Shown: piece after piece, positions 9,229 to 18,763 of the stretch
Layout: each line of letters starts with the position of its first letter
Numbering within the stretch: position 1 is the stretch's first letter
From: a virus
Taxonomy: Duplodnaviria > Caudoviricetes
Virus record (IMG/VR): IMGVR_UViG_3300006467_000282
Coordinates: 18,032 to 82,031 of that record
Length of the DNA stretch: 64,000 bases
Direction: 5' to 3' (one strand)
Position numbers and translations under genes: made by a program
Notes under the pieces: generated by a model
The model's input: only the letters and a program-made list of their open reading frames with translations
What the model was told of the DNA's origin: nothing
The model's database searches: none

Positions 9229-10638
9229 TTAATTTTCTAAGTTTGGTATCTCTTCGTTATCATTATTATCTTCAGAAGTTGCTCGGGCGAGTCTTCTCAT
9301 TTCTTCTTCAGATGTTGTCGTATTATCATCAGTGAACAAGTCTTCCCCAATTGGGACAAGGTTAGCAGGTTGATATAAAGTATCTCCCCCTTGTATTGGT
9401 TCCCTGTTAGGTAGTCCTTCTCTAATCTCATTTGTTGTTTCAATACCGAGATCTTTTCTTTTTTGAAGTTGTTCGATTCTTCTTGTTTTAAGCGCTTCAA
9501 TCTCTTCTGGATTAATTGTTAATGAAACAACATCCGGATCTAACCCATATCTTGGGAGTATCATTTTTGATAAGCCCGCCATTAATCTTTTGTATAATGG
9601 AATAACAGCAAAATCATATAAATGAAAAACAGCGCTTTGCATATTATTAAATGTTGTTGCATCTGGAGTAACTAATGGAAGAGGAATTTTATATCTGGTG
9701 AAAATAGCATCACGAGCAATCTTTTCTAGATTAAGGAAATCCATATCTCTATTTGATTTACCAAATTCATTTATATCCATATCAGCAGAGGAGATCACAG
9801 CAATTTTGCCGGCATTATCTGGTCCTGCTAATTGTTCTCTTATCTTTTTTGCTCGGTCTTGGTGTTCATCTTCTGTTGTAGTATCCTTGAATTGAACAAC
9901 TAAGGATAAACGCCCACCATTTTCTAATACTGATACATTATGAACTTTCGAAAGAACTTGTTGAGATACCTCTAAAGAAGCAGCAATTAACGGGCTATCG
10001 CCTGTTGTATTACTATATCCACTGCTGTATCTCATTATCGGAAACATTTCTCTTAAGTTTCCGTCATAATAACGGATTCCTTTTTTTGGAGTTCTTTTTC
10101 TTGTGTAAGATCCTGTGCCCATTCCCCGATATATAAGATATTCCTGGGAATAAGAATTTACACCCTCAATTATATTCACGTTTTGTGGTTTCTCAGTAAA
10201 CAATGCTGCAGGTTTTCTATTGATATTTCCAGCAGCAAAAAAATAAACATCCCCTGTAATCAAATACGATCGCGCAGCTTGTCCAATAAAATCAGTCCAC
10301 ATCTCATAATCATTAGGATTCTTTAATAGTCTAAGAACTTCTTGTTCAGACGAGATCTTCCCATTTTCAAGTTTTATTGCAGGATTAATATTTTCTATCT
10401 CATCAGCAATAAGGTCTACAGCAGTTGCAACAGAACTTGATTGTCGATATAAGGTCATCGCTTGTGAATTAGAAAGACTATTAAATCCTCCAGCACCAAG
10501 ATTAAACCCTAAAGCAAATTCAAGAAAGGAACCAGGTTGTAAGGGGAAACTACGCGTTGAACTAGATCCTTTTTTCTCAGTAATGCTCTCTTGTTTTCTA
10601 TTAAAAAACGGGATTAGATTTTTAAATGAGAAGTTCAT
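9229..10638 (-). CDS. HK97-family portal protein
   Basis: SVATAVDLIADEI, ENGGRLS, AGKIAVI, DMDFL, IF..YKIP.PL motifs. Start set at MNFSFK, behind an AAGGA RBS. Confidence 0.9.
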   Translation of the reverse strand: MNFSFKNLIPFFNRKQESITEKKGSSSTRSFPLQPGSFLEFALGFNLGAGGFNSLSNSQAMTLYRQSSSVATAVDLIADEIENINPAIKLENGKISSEQEVLRLLKNPNDYEMWTDFIGQAARSYLITGDVYFFAAGNINRKPAALFTEKPQNVNIIEGVNSYSQEYLIYRGMGTGSYTRKRTPKKGIRYYDGNLREMFPIMRYSSGYSNTTGDSPLIAASLEVSQQVLSKVHNVSVLENGGRLSLVVQFKDTTTEDEHQDRAKKIREQLAGPDNAGKIAVISSADMDINEFGKSNRDMDFLNLEKIARDAIFTRYKIPLPLVTPDATTFNNMQSAVFHLYDFAVIPLYKRLMAGLSKMILPRYGLDPDVVSLTINPEEIEALKTRRIEQLQKRKDLGIETTNEIREGLPNREPIQGGDTLYQPANLVPIGEDLFTDDNTTTSEEEMRRLARATSEDNNDNEEIPNLEN

Positions 10639-10648
10639 TATATTTTCC

Positions 10649-11938
10649 TTATGCAAAGAATAAACCGGATTTCATTAGTGGCTCAACTGCATATCGAATT
10701 GGATCAATGCAATGGTTCCACGAATCTTCTATATCCGGTAATATTTCCTCTGTATGTTTGTCCACCTTATATGAATAATTTTCGAACTCTTCAATTGTTT
10801 TAACGCATCTTTTATGAATTATAATCTCATGATTCTTTAAAAAAGCAACGCCATCTTCAATTGATCCCTTACCTTTTTTGCAAGAAACTATTTTAAATCC
10901 TTTTTTCTTTACATGCGATATAGTATCTGGTCGTGAATTATCCGCTCGTATTACCCATTTCTTTACATCTGGGTGGACTTTTTCAAAGTTAGGTGCAATA
11001 TCATCTAATTCTACATGATTACCATAAAATTCATGAGTAATACATATCTTCTTATTATCTACATCTGCCCAAAGTCTTATAAGAGTACAAGCATCAGTGG
11101 AGAATCCCCAGTCAGATCCGTATCTTACAGCAATATTCTTTGGTCGTTCCGGAATATCACTTACAACTTTATAATACCCGAAGAATACACTTTTCTTTGA
11201 ATGCTTTTCAGTTTTGCCTAACCAAATATGAGCATGCTTATCTGGATCGATCTTCAAATCCCACTCCATATCACGTCTTAATTCTTCTGGAAAATATGGA
11301 TTTTGATCATAATTGATTTCTCGAACAATAGAAGAAGGCGGGGGTGGACCGATAACAAACATTTTGTATACTGGGTCTTTTTCGTTCTTAGGATTAAAAC
11401 TGAACCATAATTCAGATTCTTTTAAGAATTCTTTATCTTTCTCAGTCTGATATTCCTCCTCTGTTTCATCACCTAATGAAGTACCCGTTCTTATTGTAGG
11501 TATTAGTATATCTAAAGATTTTTGACTAAGCGACTGTGCTTCTTCACCCCAACAGATTGTTACGCCTTCAATTGATTTAACACTATCTATATTCTGGTAT
11601 AATCCATGGAAAATAAATATTGTACCAGTGAGTAAACATCTTATCTCTGTCTGAGTAGAATGAAAGTAGTCTTCAACTCCCATTCTTTTAATCTGATTAT
11701 CTAATAATCTTTTAACTGAATCTTTAATTGATTTTTGAACTTCACGCACGCATAGTATTAAATGTTGATCTTGCATTGCTAAAATAATCAGAGAAGAACC
11801 AATTGATCTGGACTTAGCTCCGGCACGCCCACCATGCATAACTTTATATCGTGCTTGTTCTTGTAACAAAAAATCGAACGCTTTTGGTATTCTAACTACA
11901 GGCTCTAATGGTTCTATGATATTTGCTAAGGAATACAT
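10649..11938 (-). CDS. terL: Terminase large subunit, PBSX/XtmB family
   Basis: HGGRAGAKS Walker A, CVREVQKSIKDS, WGEEA Walker B, FNP, DWGF, NHCIDPIRYA. Confidence 0.93.
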   Translation of the reverse strand: MYSLANIIEPLEPVVRIPKAFDFLLQEQARYKVMHGGRAGAKSRSIGSSLIILAMQDQHLILCVREVQKSIKDSVKRLLDNQIKRMGVEDYFHSTQTEIRCLLTGTIFIFHGLYQNIDSVKSIEGVTICWGEEAQSLSQKSLDILIPTIRTGTSLGDETEEEYQTEKDKEFLKESELWFSFNPKNEKDPVYKMFVIGPPPPSSIVREINYDQNPYFPEELRRDMEWDLKIDPDKHAHIWLGKTEKHSKKSVFFGYYKVVSDIPERPKNIAVRYGSDWGFSTDACTLIRLWADVDNKKICITHEFYGNHVELDDIAPNFEKVHPDVKKWVIRADNSRPDTISHVKKKGFKIVSCKKGKGSIEDGVAFLKNHEIIIHKRCVKTIEEFENYSYKVDKHTEEILPDIEDSWNHCIDPIRYAVEPLMKSGLFFA

Positions 11939-11942
11939 TTAG

Positions 11943-12704
11943 TTATACGTACTCCACTTTTATGCCTTTAAGTCGGCCACCATCTAATATTGAACCGGAA
12001 TGCTCTGTCTTACTTTTGCTTGCTGGATATTTATCAAGAAGTTTACCGATTTCTGTTACTGCTCGTATTTTATCGGAATCGGATTTTGATGAATTGGAAA
12101 TTTCTCTTAAATTTAGGATTAATTCATGACGTTCTAAGTCGACTTCATTCTCTACAAAGAATTTAATCTTCTGTATCAGAAGTGCTATATCTTCTTTTAC
12201 AAGTAGTGAGGATGCTTTCGCATTAGCCAGGTTATTTTTTATGCCCGGCTCATTAAATGCTTTACGATATAAATCGCCATTTCTAACGGAACCTTTTTTC
12301 GAGGAGGGCAAATATTCCTTTTCGAATACTAATTTTACAAAATTTTGCTCTTCTTCGGAAAGCGGAAGAAAGTTTTCATCTTCATCGAAAGGAAATTCAT
12401 TTAATATTTCAATATCGTCATTCGATTCTTTCTTTCTTTCAATATCAAGAGCCCATGATTCATTTCGAATGGCCGCCATTTTGACATTTATATCTATAAC
12501 ATCACTGATTGCTGCTTCAAATGTATCGATTTTATCTTTAACTGCTTTTTGGATTTGACTATCGGAATTGATTATTTTTTTAAGATCATTTATTGGTATA
12601 TTAGTTTTCAATGACACTAAACCGAGCTTGCCGTTTAAACGATTAATCGTTTGCAACAACTCTTCTTTTTCTGTCTCATCGATTAATGTGGCTACATTAT
12701 CCAT
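11943..12704 (-). CDS. terS: Terminase small subunit
   Basis: Directly upstream of terL; KSDSDKIRAVTEIGKLL...KTEHSG C-terminus. Confidence 0.7.
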   Translation of the reverse strand: MDNVATLIDETEKEELLQTINRLNGKLGLVSLKTNIPINDLKKIINSDSQIQKAVKDKIDTFEAAISDVIDINVKMAAIRNESWALDIERKKESNDDIEILNEFPFDEDENFLPLSEEEQNFVKLVFEKEYLPSSKKGSVRNGDLYRKAFNEPGIKNNLANAKASSLLVKEDIALLIQKIKFFVENEVDLERHELILNLREISNSSKSDSDKIRAVTEIGKLLDKYPASKSKTEHSGSILDGGRLKGIKVEYV

Positions 12705-13184
12705 AATAAATTAAAAATCCTCCGCTATATAAACTTAACATATACTTATAGCGTTTGTAAATAGTTTTTAACCTTTATAAGCCAGAAAAGACCGAAAACA
12801 CCAATTTGTTAATATATTGTTAACAAATGGTTAACTAATTGTTAACCCTAATAAATGATAAATAGTGGGAACGGTTGATATCGGATAGTGTTCACTTTTT
12901 CGGAAACATAAATATTTTGCCGATTATTTATATACATTTGTAAAACCCGGAAATATGCACTAATAGTCTCCCCCTATTTTTTAGGGTAAATACTACTTTA
13001 TAAAATAATACTTAATAAAGAACGTGCTTTTAATTCTTTTGTCCTTTATATAATGTTTCATATACATCATAGTACTATTATTATGTAAACCTTTATTTCA
13101 TAAAATTTGAATATAATTTGGAAGTTCTTCTATATATAATGGAGATGTTCTATTTCATATTTTTTAAATCAACCAGGTATAAAC

Positions 13185-13223
13185 AAAAAATCGGTGTAAG
13201 ACAATATATCCTACACCGATTTT
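13185..13223 (-). terminator. Intrinsic terminator AAAATCGGTGTA-loop-TACACCGATTTT
   Basis: 12-bp stem 13187-13198/13212-13223 with a 6-T run on the minus strand. Confidence 0.8.
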
Positions 13224-13375
13224 AACTTAACTTTAGTAAAGTACGAGTAAAGTAATCTGCTCTATGTGGTTTTTTATTAGAACATACCGTTTCTCCCTTT
13301 CAGCTTGTAATCGTTAATTACCTTAATTTAGTGTAATTAAACCTTTACTTAATAAATTATTAAACAAACATAATG

Positions 13376-13408
13376 ATTATATTACAAAGTAATACATATG
13401 TAAACCCC
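13376..13408 (-). promoter_or_regulatory. Sigma70-type promoter GGGGTTTACA-N17-TATAAT
   Basis: -35 at 13399-13404, -10 at 13376-13381. Confidence 0.75.
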
Positions 13409-13731
13409 TAAATCATATTTATTTTACTATATACACAACAGTACAATATATACACAATTTTAGTACAATATATTTATAATAATATTATATACTTATATAT
13501 ATTGTACTAATTGTACTATATAATATAAGTAGTAGGGGAGAGAAAAAATAATTTTAGAAGAAATTTAGGTGATTTAAAAAAAATCCTGTATATAAACTTT
13601 CAGCGTTTCACAAGTGTACATTTTGTACAACTTGGATAAACCCCTGGTATCATTAAAAATACTTTGTTTTACAAAAATACACAATTTACGTGTTTTTCAC
13701 AATAAAACCTGATAATTGTCGTTCACACAGT

Positions 13732-13758
13732 AATAGGTATCACAATGTGATACCTATT
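13732..13758. promoter_or_regulatory. Perfect palindrome AATAGGTATCACA-A-TGTGATACCTATT (operator-like)
   Basis: 13-bp arms with a 1-nt spacer. Confidence 0.55.
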
Positions 13759-13793
13759 TATGTATTTATAAATATAATTTAGGAATTCAGTTT

Positions 13794-16010
13794 TTAGAAA
13801 GGATATTCATCTTTGTAGATAGAATAACCCTCAATATAATCTTTTTTAATTTCTTCTTCATTGTAAGTCTGCGGGATTATGGGGTCTTCCCAATCTCTCG
13901 GCATTCCATTATCAAATCTATCACGAGCACCCTTAAGCGATCCTATTCCAAAAACAGCTAACGGATATCTACCACTACCTCTCGTTGCTTTACCAAACCT
14001 TAATCGTGTTCGTTTAACAGCTAAATACTTAACAATATCTTTTCTGAAGTTAAATCCTTTATGATGTATATTCTTCTCATTACACCAGATATTATATGAT
14101 TCTTCTAATTTTTCTACTAATATTACATGTTTCCATCCCCCTTTATGCATGGAGTGGAGCTGACCCAGTTCTAAGCATTCTCTTGCAAATTGTTTTATAG
14201 GATCGTTCATTCGATCCATTTGATCTGATAAAGCTATTGTTTTCGGTGAGTCTTTCAGTTTCTTCAAACATACTTCTGTTTTTAACATATCATATAACAT
14301 AGCTTCATAACCACCATTATCCATTTGCTTCTGGATCTTTTCAAAGTAATCATAATCTTCAGCATGTTTCGGATCTACATCAAACATAACGAAACGTCTG
14401 TCATTATCTTGAGCAGGTACTACCCAATCTTCGTTTGAGTTCATCCATATGTTTAGATGGGAAGCAACAGTTATTATATCAATTCCTTTTTTCTCAATGG
14501 ATTGTGTTCTTGAAGTGATTCGTTCTTTAAGTTTTCCTACTTGACTCTTATCGCCTGCCCACATTGCTTCTTCAAGGGCAAGGAATACTGTGTTTGCAAC
14601 TACTGTGTTAAATCTGCCTATCAAATGTTGAATATCGTCTGTCTTATAATAATGGAGGCCAAAGAATTCTCCAATTATTCTTCTTGCAAATGATTTACCT
14701 GTTCCAGTTCTTCCCCGGAACACTAATACTTTTCCAGGTCTTTCCCCACCAGGGTCTTGAAACATACGAGCAATCCACATTAATACGTAATCGCCATGAC
14801 CTGGAGCCATAATTTCTGTTAAGTGATTCCTGAATAGTGACCAATCACCTTCTTTCGGTTCAAATTTTAAACCTCTCCATAAATTATAAGCACCATTATC
14901 CTCATCTTTAAATCCGTGCTGTGCTTCTTCTGAAGGTTCAAATATTATCCCTTTATATCTTCTTCTATATGCGCTCTCTGCCCATATATCATATACAGAT
15001 TTCTTTTTGCCTTTGACAAATTTAATCATATGCTTTGTTTCAGTTCGCATCGCAGCAGGTTGTATAAACTCATATTCTTCTTCATCTTCTTTATCAAATC
15101 GCATAACCATAGGTTTACCACCAATAGTTATCTGTGCGTATTCCGTATTCATATTGAAGATTTCATCCTTTAAATCACTAAATGCAGCTATGTCATCATC
15201 ATGAGTATCAATAAATCTATTAATTAATGACCGCATTTGAGATTCCAACTCACCTTCTCGGAGGGGAACTTCACTTTTATCATTTATCGTTCTGCAAATA
15301 ACCTGAATCGTATCGGCATTCATTCCCTGACGAATAAGCATTCCGACAGTCTTCTTGAGCATTTCTACACGTTCACCGTCTTGCCAGCCATTCTCCTGAA
15401 TTCTACTGAACCAATCGTCTTTCTTCTTTTTCCCTTTTTTACCCTTACCATTCGCACGGTCTTTCTTGTTTTGCACAAGATATTCCATGAGTTCCGGTGG
15501 CATAACAGCGACTTCAGAATTATCCATAACTGCATATGTCTTACCGGCACAGGATTTAGATCCAGCACCAACAACATAACCACCTTGAGTTCTGATATCA
15601 ATACCACTCACACCAAATCCAACGTAGTTCTCAAAACCATTAACATGTCTGAAGTAAAAGTGTTTACCTCCCCGCGGAGTAGCTACTACAAATGTACGCG
15701 TGTCTTTAATAAGATCCTGAATAATAATAGTAGCTTCATCTGTATCAGTATCAACTACGAACAGATTAGATAACTCACCACAAAGAACAGCATATCCATA
15801 AGCATTTTGATCCCGGAAATGCTTTGCTTTATTCCAGTTTAAAAGATCTAACTTTTTAACCCTGGTTGTTATGTATTGTTTCCATTCGAATTTATAGGGG
15901 GGAGCTTTCTTTTCTTTGCCATCTTGCGGGATGTAACATTTAATAGGTATGATATTCCAACCGCGATCTACTGCTTGTGAAGCAGTTGTGAAGATTTGAG
16001 AATTATTCAT
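13794..16010 (-). CDS. Primase-helicase (Prim-Pol + PriCT + D5-like SF3/DUF5906 helicase)
   Basis: FVVDTD, ATPRGGKHFYF, DIRTQGGYVVGAGS; GRTGTGKS Walker A; LALEEA Walker B. Confidence 0.9.
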   Translation of the reverse strand: MNNSQIFTTASQAVDRGWNIIPIKCYIPQDGKEKKAPPYKFEWKQYITTRVKKLDLLNWNKAKHFRDQNAYGYAVLCGELSNLFVVDTDTDEATIIIQDLIKDTRTFVVATPRGGKHFYFRHVNGFENYVGFGVSGIDIRTQGGYVVGAGSKSCAGKTYAVMDNSEVAVMPPELMEYLVQNKKDRANGKGKKGKKKKDDWFSRIQENGWQDGERVEMLKKTVGMLIRQGMNADTIQVICRTINDKSEVPLREGELESQMRSLINRFIDTHDDDIAAFSDLKDEIFNMNTEYAQITIGGKPMVMRFDKEDEEEYEFIQPAAMRTETKHMIKFVKGKKKSVYDIWAESAYRRRYKGIIFEPSEEAQHGFKDEDNGAYNLWRGLKFEPKEGDWSLFRNHLTEIMAPGHGDYVLMWIARMFQDPGGERPGKVLVFRGRTGTGKSFARRIIGEFFGLHYYKTDDIQHLIGRFNTVVANTVFLALEEAMWAGDKSQVGKLKERITSRTQSIEKKGIDIITVASHLNIWMNSNEDWVVPAQDNDRRFVMFDVDPKHAEDYDYFEKIQKQMDNGGYEAMLYDMLKTEVCLKKLKDSPKTIALSDQMDRMNDPIKQFARECLELGQLHSMHKGGWKHVILVEKLEESYNIWCNEKNIHHKGFNFRKDIVKYLAVKRTRLRFGKATRGSGRYPLAVFGIGSLKGARDRFDNGMPRDWEDPIIPQTYNEEEIKKDYIEGYSIYKDEYPF

Positions 16011-16112
16011 TTAAAATAATCCTCCTTTGTATTTTGAGCAAACATAATAGCCATAGACTATCTCCTTATTCGTCGTATAAACACAGTAAAATGAATAATA
16101 ACTAAGGGTAAT

Positions 16113-16358
16113 CTAAATGCGTAATCCAGCTTCCTTAGTAGACCTGTCCATCTCCGAATGATAAATTTCATTCCAGAGATCAACCTGGGCTTCTTTGCTC
16201 ATCTCGCTGATCTTTCTTAATTCTTGATCTGCGACATTCACAGCAGTGTCCATAAAAGTTTTTAGGATGCGTTTCTTAGATTTGCTGATGAGTTGCCCAC
16301 TGCTTTTCATGGATTTGTGAACTACTTTATACTCTTCAGGTATATTCCTCGAGCTCAT
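16113..16358 (-). CDS. Hypothetical protein
   Basis: GGAG RBS; downstream of the promoter at 16436-16464. Confidence 0.65.
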   Translation of the reverse strand: MSSRNIPEEYKVVHKSMKSSGQLISKSKKRILKTFMDTAVNVADQELRKISEMSKEAQVDLWNEIYHSEMDRSTKEAGLRI

Positions 16359-16435
16359 TATTCTCTCCTTTCGTGCACAATAAGTTATTGTTCCTCTGTC
16401 TTTGCCAATCGCTGTCTAACTCTAACTTAAGCCTT

Positions 16436-16464
16436 ATTATAAAATAATTAATAAATAATGTAAA
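16436..16464 (-). promoter_or_regulatory. Promoter TTTACA-N17-TATAAT for the primase operon
   Basis: Direct reading. Confidence 0.7.
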
Positions 16465-16518
16465 TAAAAATATAATAATATAAAATAGCGAAATATAGTC
16501 AATTATCGGCTTTTACTA

Positions 16519-16547
16519 TTTACAAAATAATGTAATTGCATTATAGT
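16519..16547 (+). promoter_or_regulatory. Promoter TTTACA-N17-TATAGT
   Basis: Direct reading; divergent from the 16436 promoter. Confidence 0.7.
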
Positions 16548-16553
16548 TTACTT

Positions 16554-16660
16554 GTATTTGGATTTATTCTATCTCCAGTCCTCGTACAGACCGAGACGGC
16601 GTATTGTAGTATGCAACACACAGAAATCCCGGTAGACCTGAGCAATCTATCGGGATTTTT
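16554..16660 (+). ncRNA. Candidate small RNA (about 105 nt) ending in an intrinsic terminator
   Basis: Consensus promoter upstream; hairpin AATCCCGGTAGA...TCTATCGGGATTTTT; no RBS or ORF. Confidence 0.45.
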
Positions 16661-16666
16661 GCTTGT

Positions 16667-16936
16667 TTAATATTTATTCATGATCGTCATATAGATTGTA
16701 TTATCATCCCCATTTATTTCAGTAATTAAATATTCGTCTGCTATAATTGGTAATGGATCGCCTTTATCATATACCATTATTACATATAAACGGCGTAAAT
16801 CTAATTCCATAAGTATTTGGTATTCATAATATTTAGGCAATAGATTTAAACTTATATGATATAATATTGCGGATTTGTAATTATCCTTTACAAAGCTTTC
16901 TACTTCATACTTTCTACCTTCGATTATACAATGCAT
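16667..16936 (-). CDS. Hypothetical protein
   Basis: In operon with the J-domain gene. Confidence 0.55.
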   Translation of the reverse strand: MHCIIEGRKYEVESFVKDNYKSAILYHISLNLLPKYYEYQILMELDLRRLYVIMVYDKGDPLPIIADEYLITEINGDDNTIYMTIMNKY

Positions 16937-16945
16937 AATTACATC

Positions 16946-17614
16946 TTATCTTGTATTTGTAGTATATTTGAATGTTCCTGAAGTTCCAGAGCTTTCAACA
17001 TTCCCATGAATAAAATGATCAAATGTTTCTTCTCGTTCCAACGGATTAAACTCGTAATCATCTATAATAACTATTAATGCTTCAAATACTTTGATATTCT
17101 TTTCAGTGTTGGATATGGAATTTTCTATATTTAACTTTTCATTCTTGATCATTTCTAAGAAAAGACTTTTAGCTGCGCCTTTATATTTAACGCGCCCTTC
17201 CATTTTTATAAGAACTTCATATCGTTTTTGGTGTTCTTCGATTTGCATTTCTGCATTTTCTATTTGAGCATTAATCTGGTCTTCAAGCCGGTCAAATATA
17301 TCAGCATATAGTATGCTATCATTGCTTGTATTATTCTTTAATATATTATCAATAATAACTCGAAGATTTTCCATTGCTAATTCTTGAATGGAAAGCTCTC
17401 TCTTTTCATCAGTATCGCCCGTTTCATCGTACCTTTTCTTTCGTTCAGGGTTGATTAAAATAGAATATGCAACGTTTACCTTATTAAATAATTCTGGATC
17501 TCCTCCGTGTTTATCCGGATGAGTTTTCTTTGCTCTTGCTCGGTAAGCTTTTTTGATTTCCTCCGGTGAAGCATCCTTTTTCACTCCCAGCTCTTCGTAA
17601 AGCTTCATTTCCAT
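16946..17614 (-). CDS. J-domain (DnaJ-like) protein
   Basis: LYEELGVKKDASPEEIKKAYR...THPDK...F.KVNVAYSIL..P..KKRYDETG; HPD motif intact. Confidence 0.9.
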   Translation of the reverse strand: MEMKLYEELGVKKDASPEEIKKAYRARAKKTHPDKHGGDPELFNKVNVAYSILINPERKKRYDETGDTDEKRELSIQELAMENLRVIIDNILKNNTSNDSILYADIFDRLEDQINAQIENAEMQIEEHQKRYEVLIKMEGRVKYKGAAKSLFLEMIKNEKLNIENSISNTEKNIKVFEALIVIIDDYEFNPLEREETFDHFIHGNVESSGTSGTFKYTTNTR

Positions 17615-17639
17615 CTCCTTTGTTAAAAATTATAAAAAG

Positions 17640-17718
17640 ATCCTATCATAAAAAATAACCATTGTAAATATAAAATAATTATTTTTCATTTTACAAATAA
17701 GAATTTATGTGTTATTAT
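17640..17718. promoter_or_regulatory. Divergent promoter pair: minus TTTACA 17663-17668; plus TTTACA 17690-17695 with TATTAT 17713-17718
   Basis: Marks the strand switch of the genome. Confidence 0.65.
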
Positions 17719-17749
17719 CTATTTGTAAAATAAACTTGTAGGAGGTTAA

Positions 17750-17857
17750 ATGAAAAAATTTCTAATAAAAATAATTCAAGCAATCATCCTTACAGCAGTT
17801 ATGGTAATCGGTAGTCATTTATTATATAAACTTTTAAGCTCAATCAGTTCAATATAA
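17750..17857 (+). CDS. 35-aa membrane peptide
   Basis: AGGAGG RBS; MKKFLIKIIQAIILTAVMVIG...; not in the track. Confidence 0.6.
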   Translation: MKKFLIKIIQAIILTAVMVIGSHLLYKLLSSISSI

Positions 17858-17873
17858 TTGGAGGAACCAGATA

Positions 17874-18113
17874 ATGGAACAAGATAACATATTAATTAAG
17901 TTATTGAAGTCACTATTTATTTTTATTATAGTAATAGGCTTAAGCATTGCTATTAGTTTAATTACGGATTGGTATTTCAGATTACCAGTTATTCATCAGT
18001 CATATTCATCTAAGGAATGTATCAAGATCATGATCGAAGGTGAAGAGTATGACTGTTCCAGGTTTGAGGAACTCACTAATAATCTTAAATACAGACGAGA
18101 ATGGGTGAAATAA
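17874..18113 (+). CDS. Small membrane protein
   Basis: GGAGG RBS; one transmembrane segment. Confidence 0.65.
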   Translation: MEQDNILIKLLKSLFIFIIVIGLSIAISLITDWYFRLPVIHQSYSSKECIKIMIEGEEYDCSRFEELTNNLKYRREWVK

Positions 18114-18177
18114 GATATTTACAAAATAATTAAATTGTGTTATATTTATATCATAAATTAATGCTTAAGGAGTGTTT

Positions 18178-18576
18178 ATGTTAAGAGTAAGATTTAAAGC
18201 AAATCATGATGATTATCGGCCAGTGAATTGGCCAGTAAAACATCCATATTGGTGTTCAGGCTATGGGGATGATTATTCTATCGTTATTTCATATGCTGAT
18301 AATACCGATTATATTTATGAGAATTGGCCTGAGGCAAAAGATTTAGACTCGGAAGAAGTTGAAGGTTATACATTTACAGACCGGTTTCCAAAACCGGAAT
18401 GGTTTGACGAAATAAAAACATATTGCAATATCTGTGAGCGAAGATTAAACAATCCAGAAGACCCAACAACTAAGGATTGCGGTGGGGATTGTTTAAAATG
18501 TATGGCAGAAGTTGCAGAAGACCCCGATTGTATTATTGAATTAAATAAATTAAGGAGAAGCGATGACAAAAATTGA
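18178..18576 (+). CDS. Hypothetical protein with a C-terminal Cys cluster
   Basis: AAGGAG RBS; promoter at 18118-18146; CNIC...CGGDCLKC. Confidence 0.7.
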   Translation: MLRVRFKANHDDYRPVNWPVKHPYWCSGYGDDYSIVISYADNTDYIYENWPEAKDLDSEEVEGYTFTDRFPKPEWFDEIKTYCNICERRLNNPEDPTTKDCGGDCLKCMAEVAEDPDCIIELNKLRRSDDKN

Positions 18577-18763
18577 TGGTTATTTAACAACAGATGAAGT
18601 AGCAGAATTACATGGAGTTTCAAGAGGCAATGTTATCCACTGGATAACTGCTGGGGATCTTCAAGCAGTAAAGGTGAATCAGATTTGGCTAATCAAAAAA
18701 GAAGATGCTGAGAATTATGAAAGGCGTCCAATCCCGGGGAGACCAAAAAAGAATGAAAAATAA
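18563..18763 (+). CDS. Excisionase/MerR-like HTH DNA-binding protein
   Basis: YLTTDEVAELHGVSRGNVIHWITAGDLQAVKV. Confidence 0.8.
   Translation: MTKIDGYLTTDEVAELHGVSRGNVIHWITAGDLQAVKVNQIWLIKKEDAENYERRPIPGRPKKNEK

Larger units (their letters stand above)
12705..13793. other. 1.1-kb AT-rich non-coding region; candidate origin or packaging/terminus region
   Basis: No credible ORF; contains AGTACAATATAT direct and inverted repeats and a 27-bp palindrome. Confidence 0.5.

Noticed and set aside
2137-16000. Plus-strand and alternate-frame track ORFs overlapping structural and primase genes (e.g. 4095, 5706, 6542, 6966, 8791, 12241, 15237)
   Set aside because: They are antisense or out-of-frame to genes with recognisable motifs and show no recognisable product.
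16554-16660. Hammerhead ribozyme or tRNA
   Set aside because: No CUGANGA core and no cloverleaf, T-loop or CCA features.
18563-18763. Excisionase as evidence of a temperate lifestyle
   Set aside because: No integrase, repressor or att site in the window, and this HTH family is common in lytic phages. Genes outside the window cannot be excluded.
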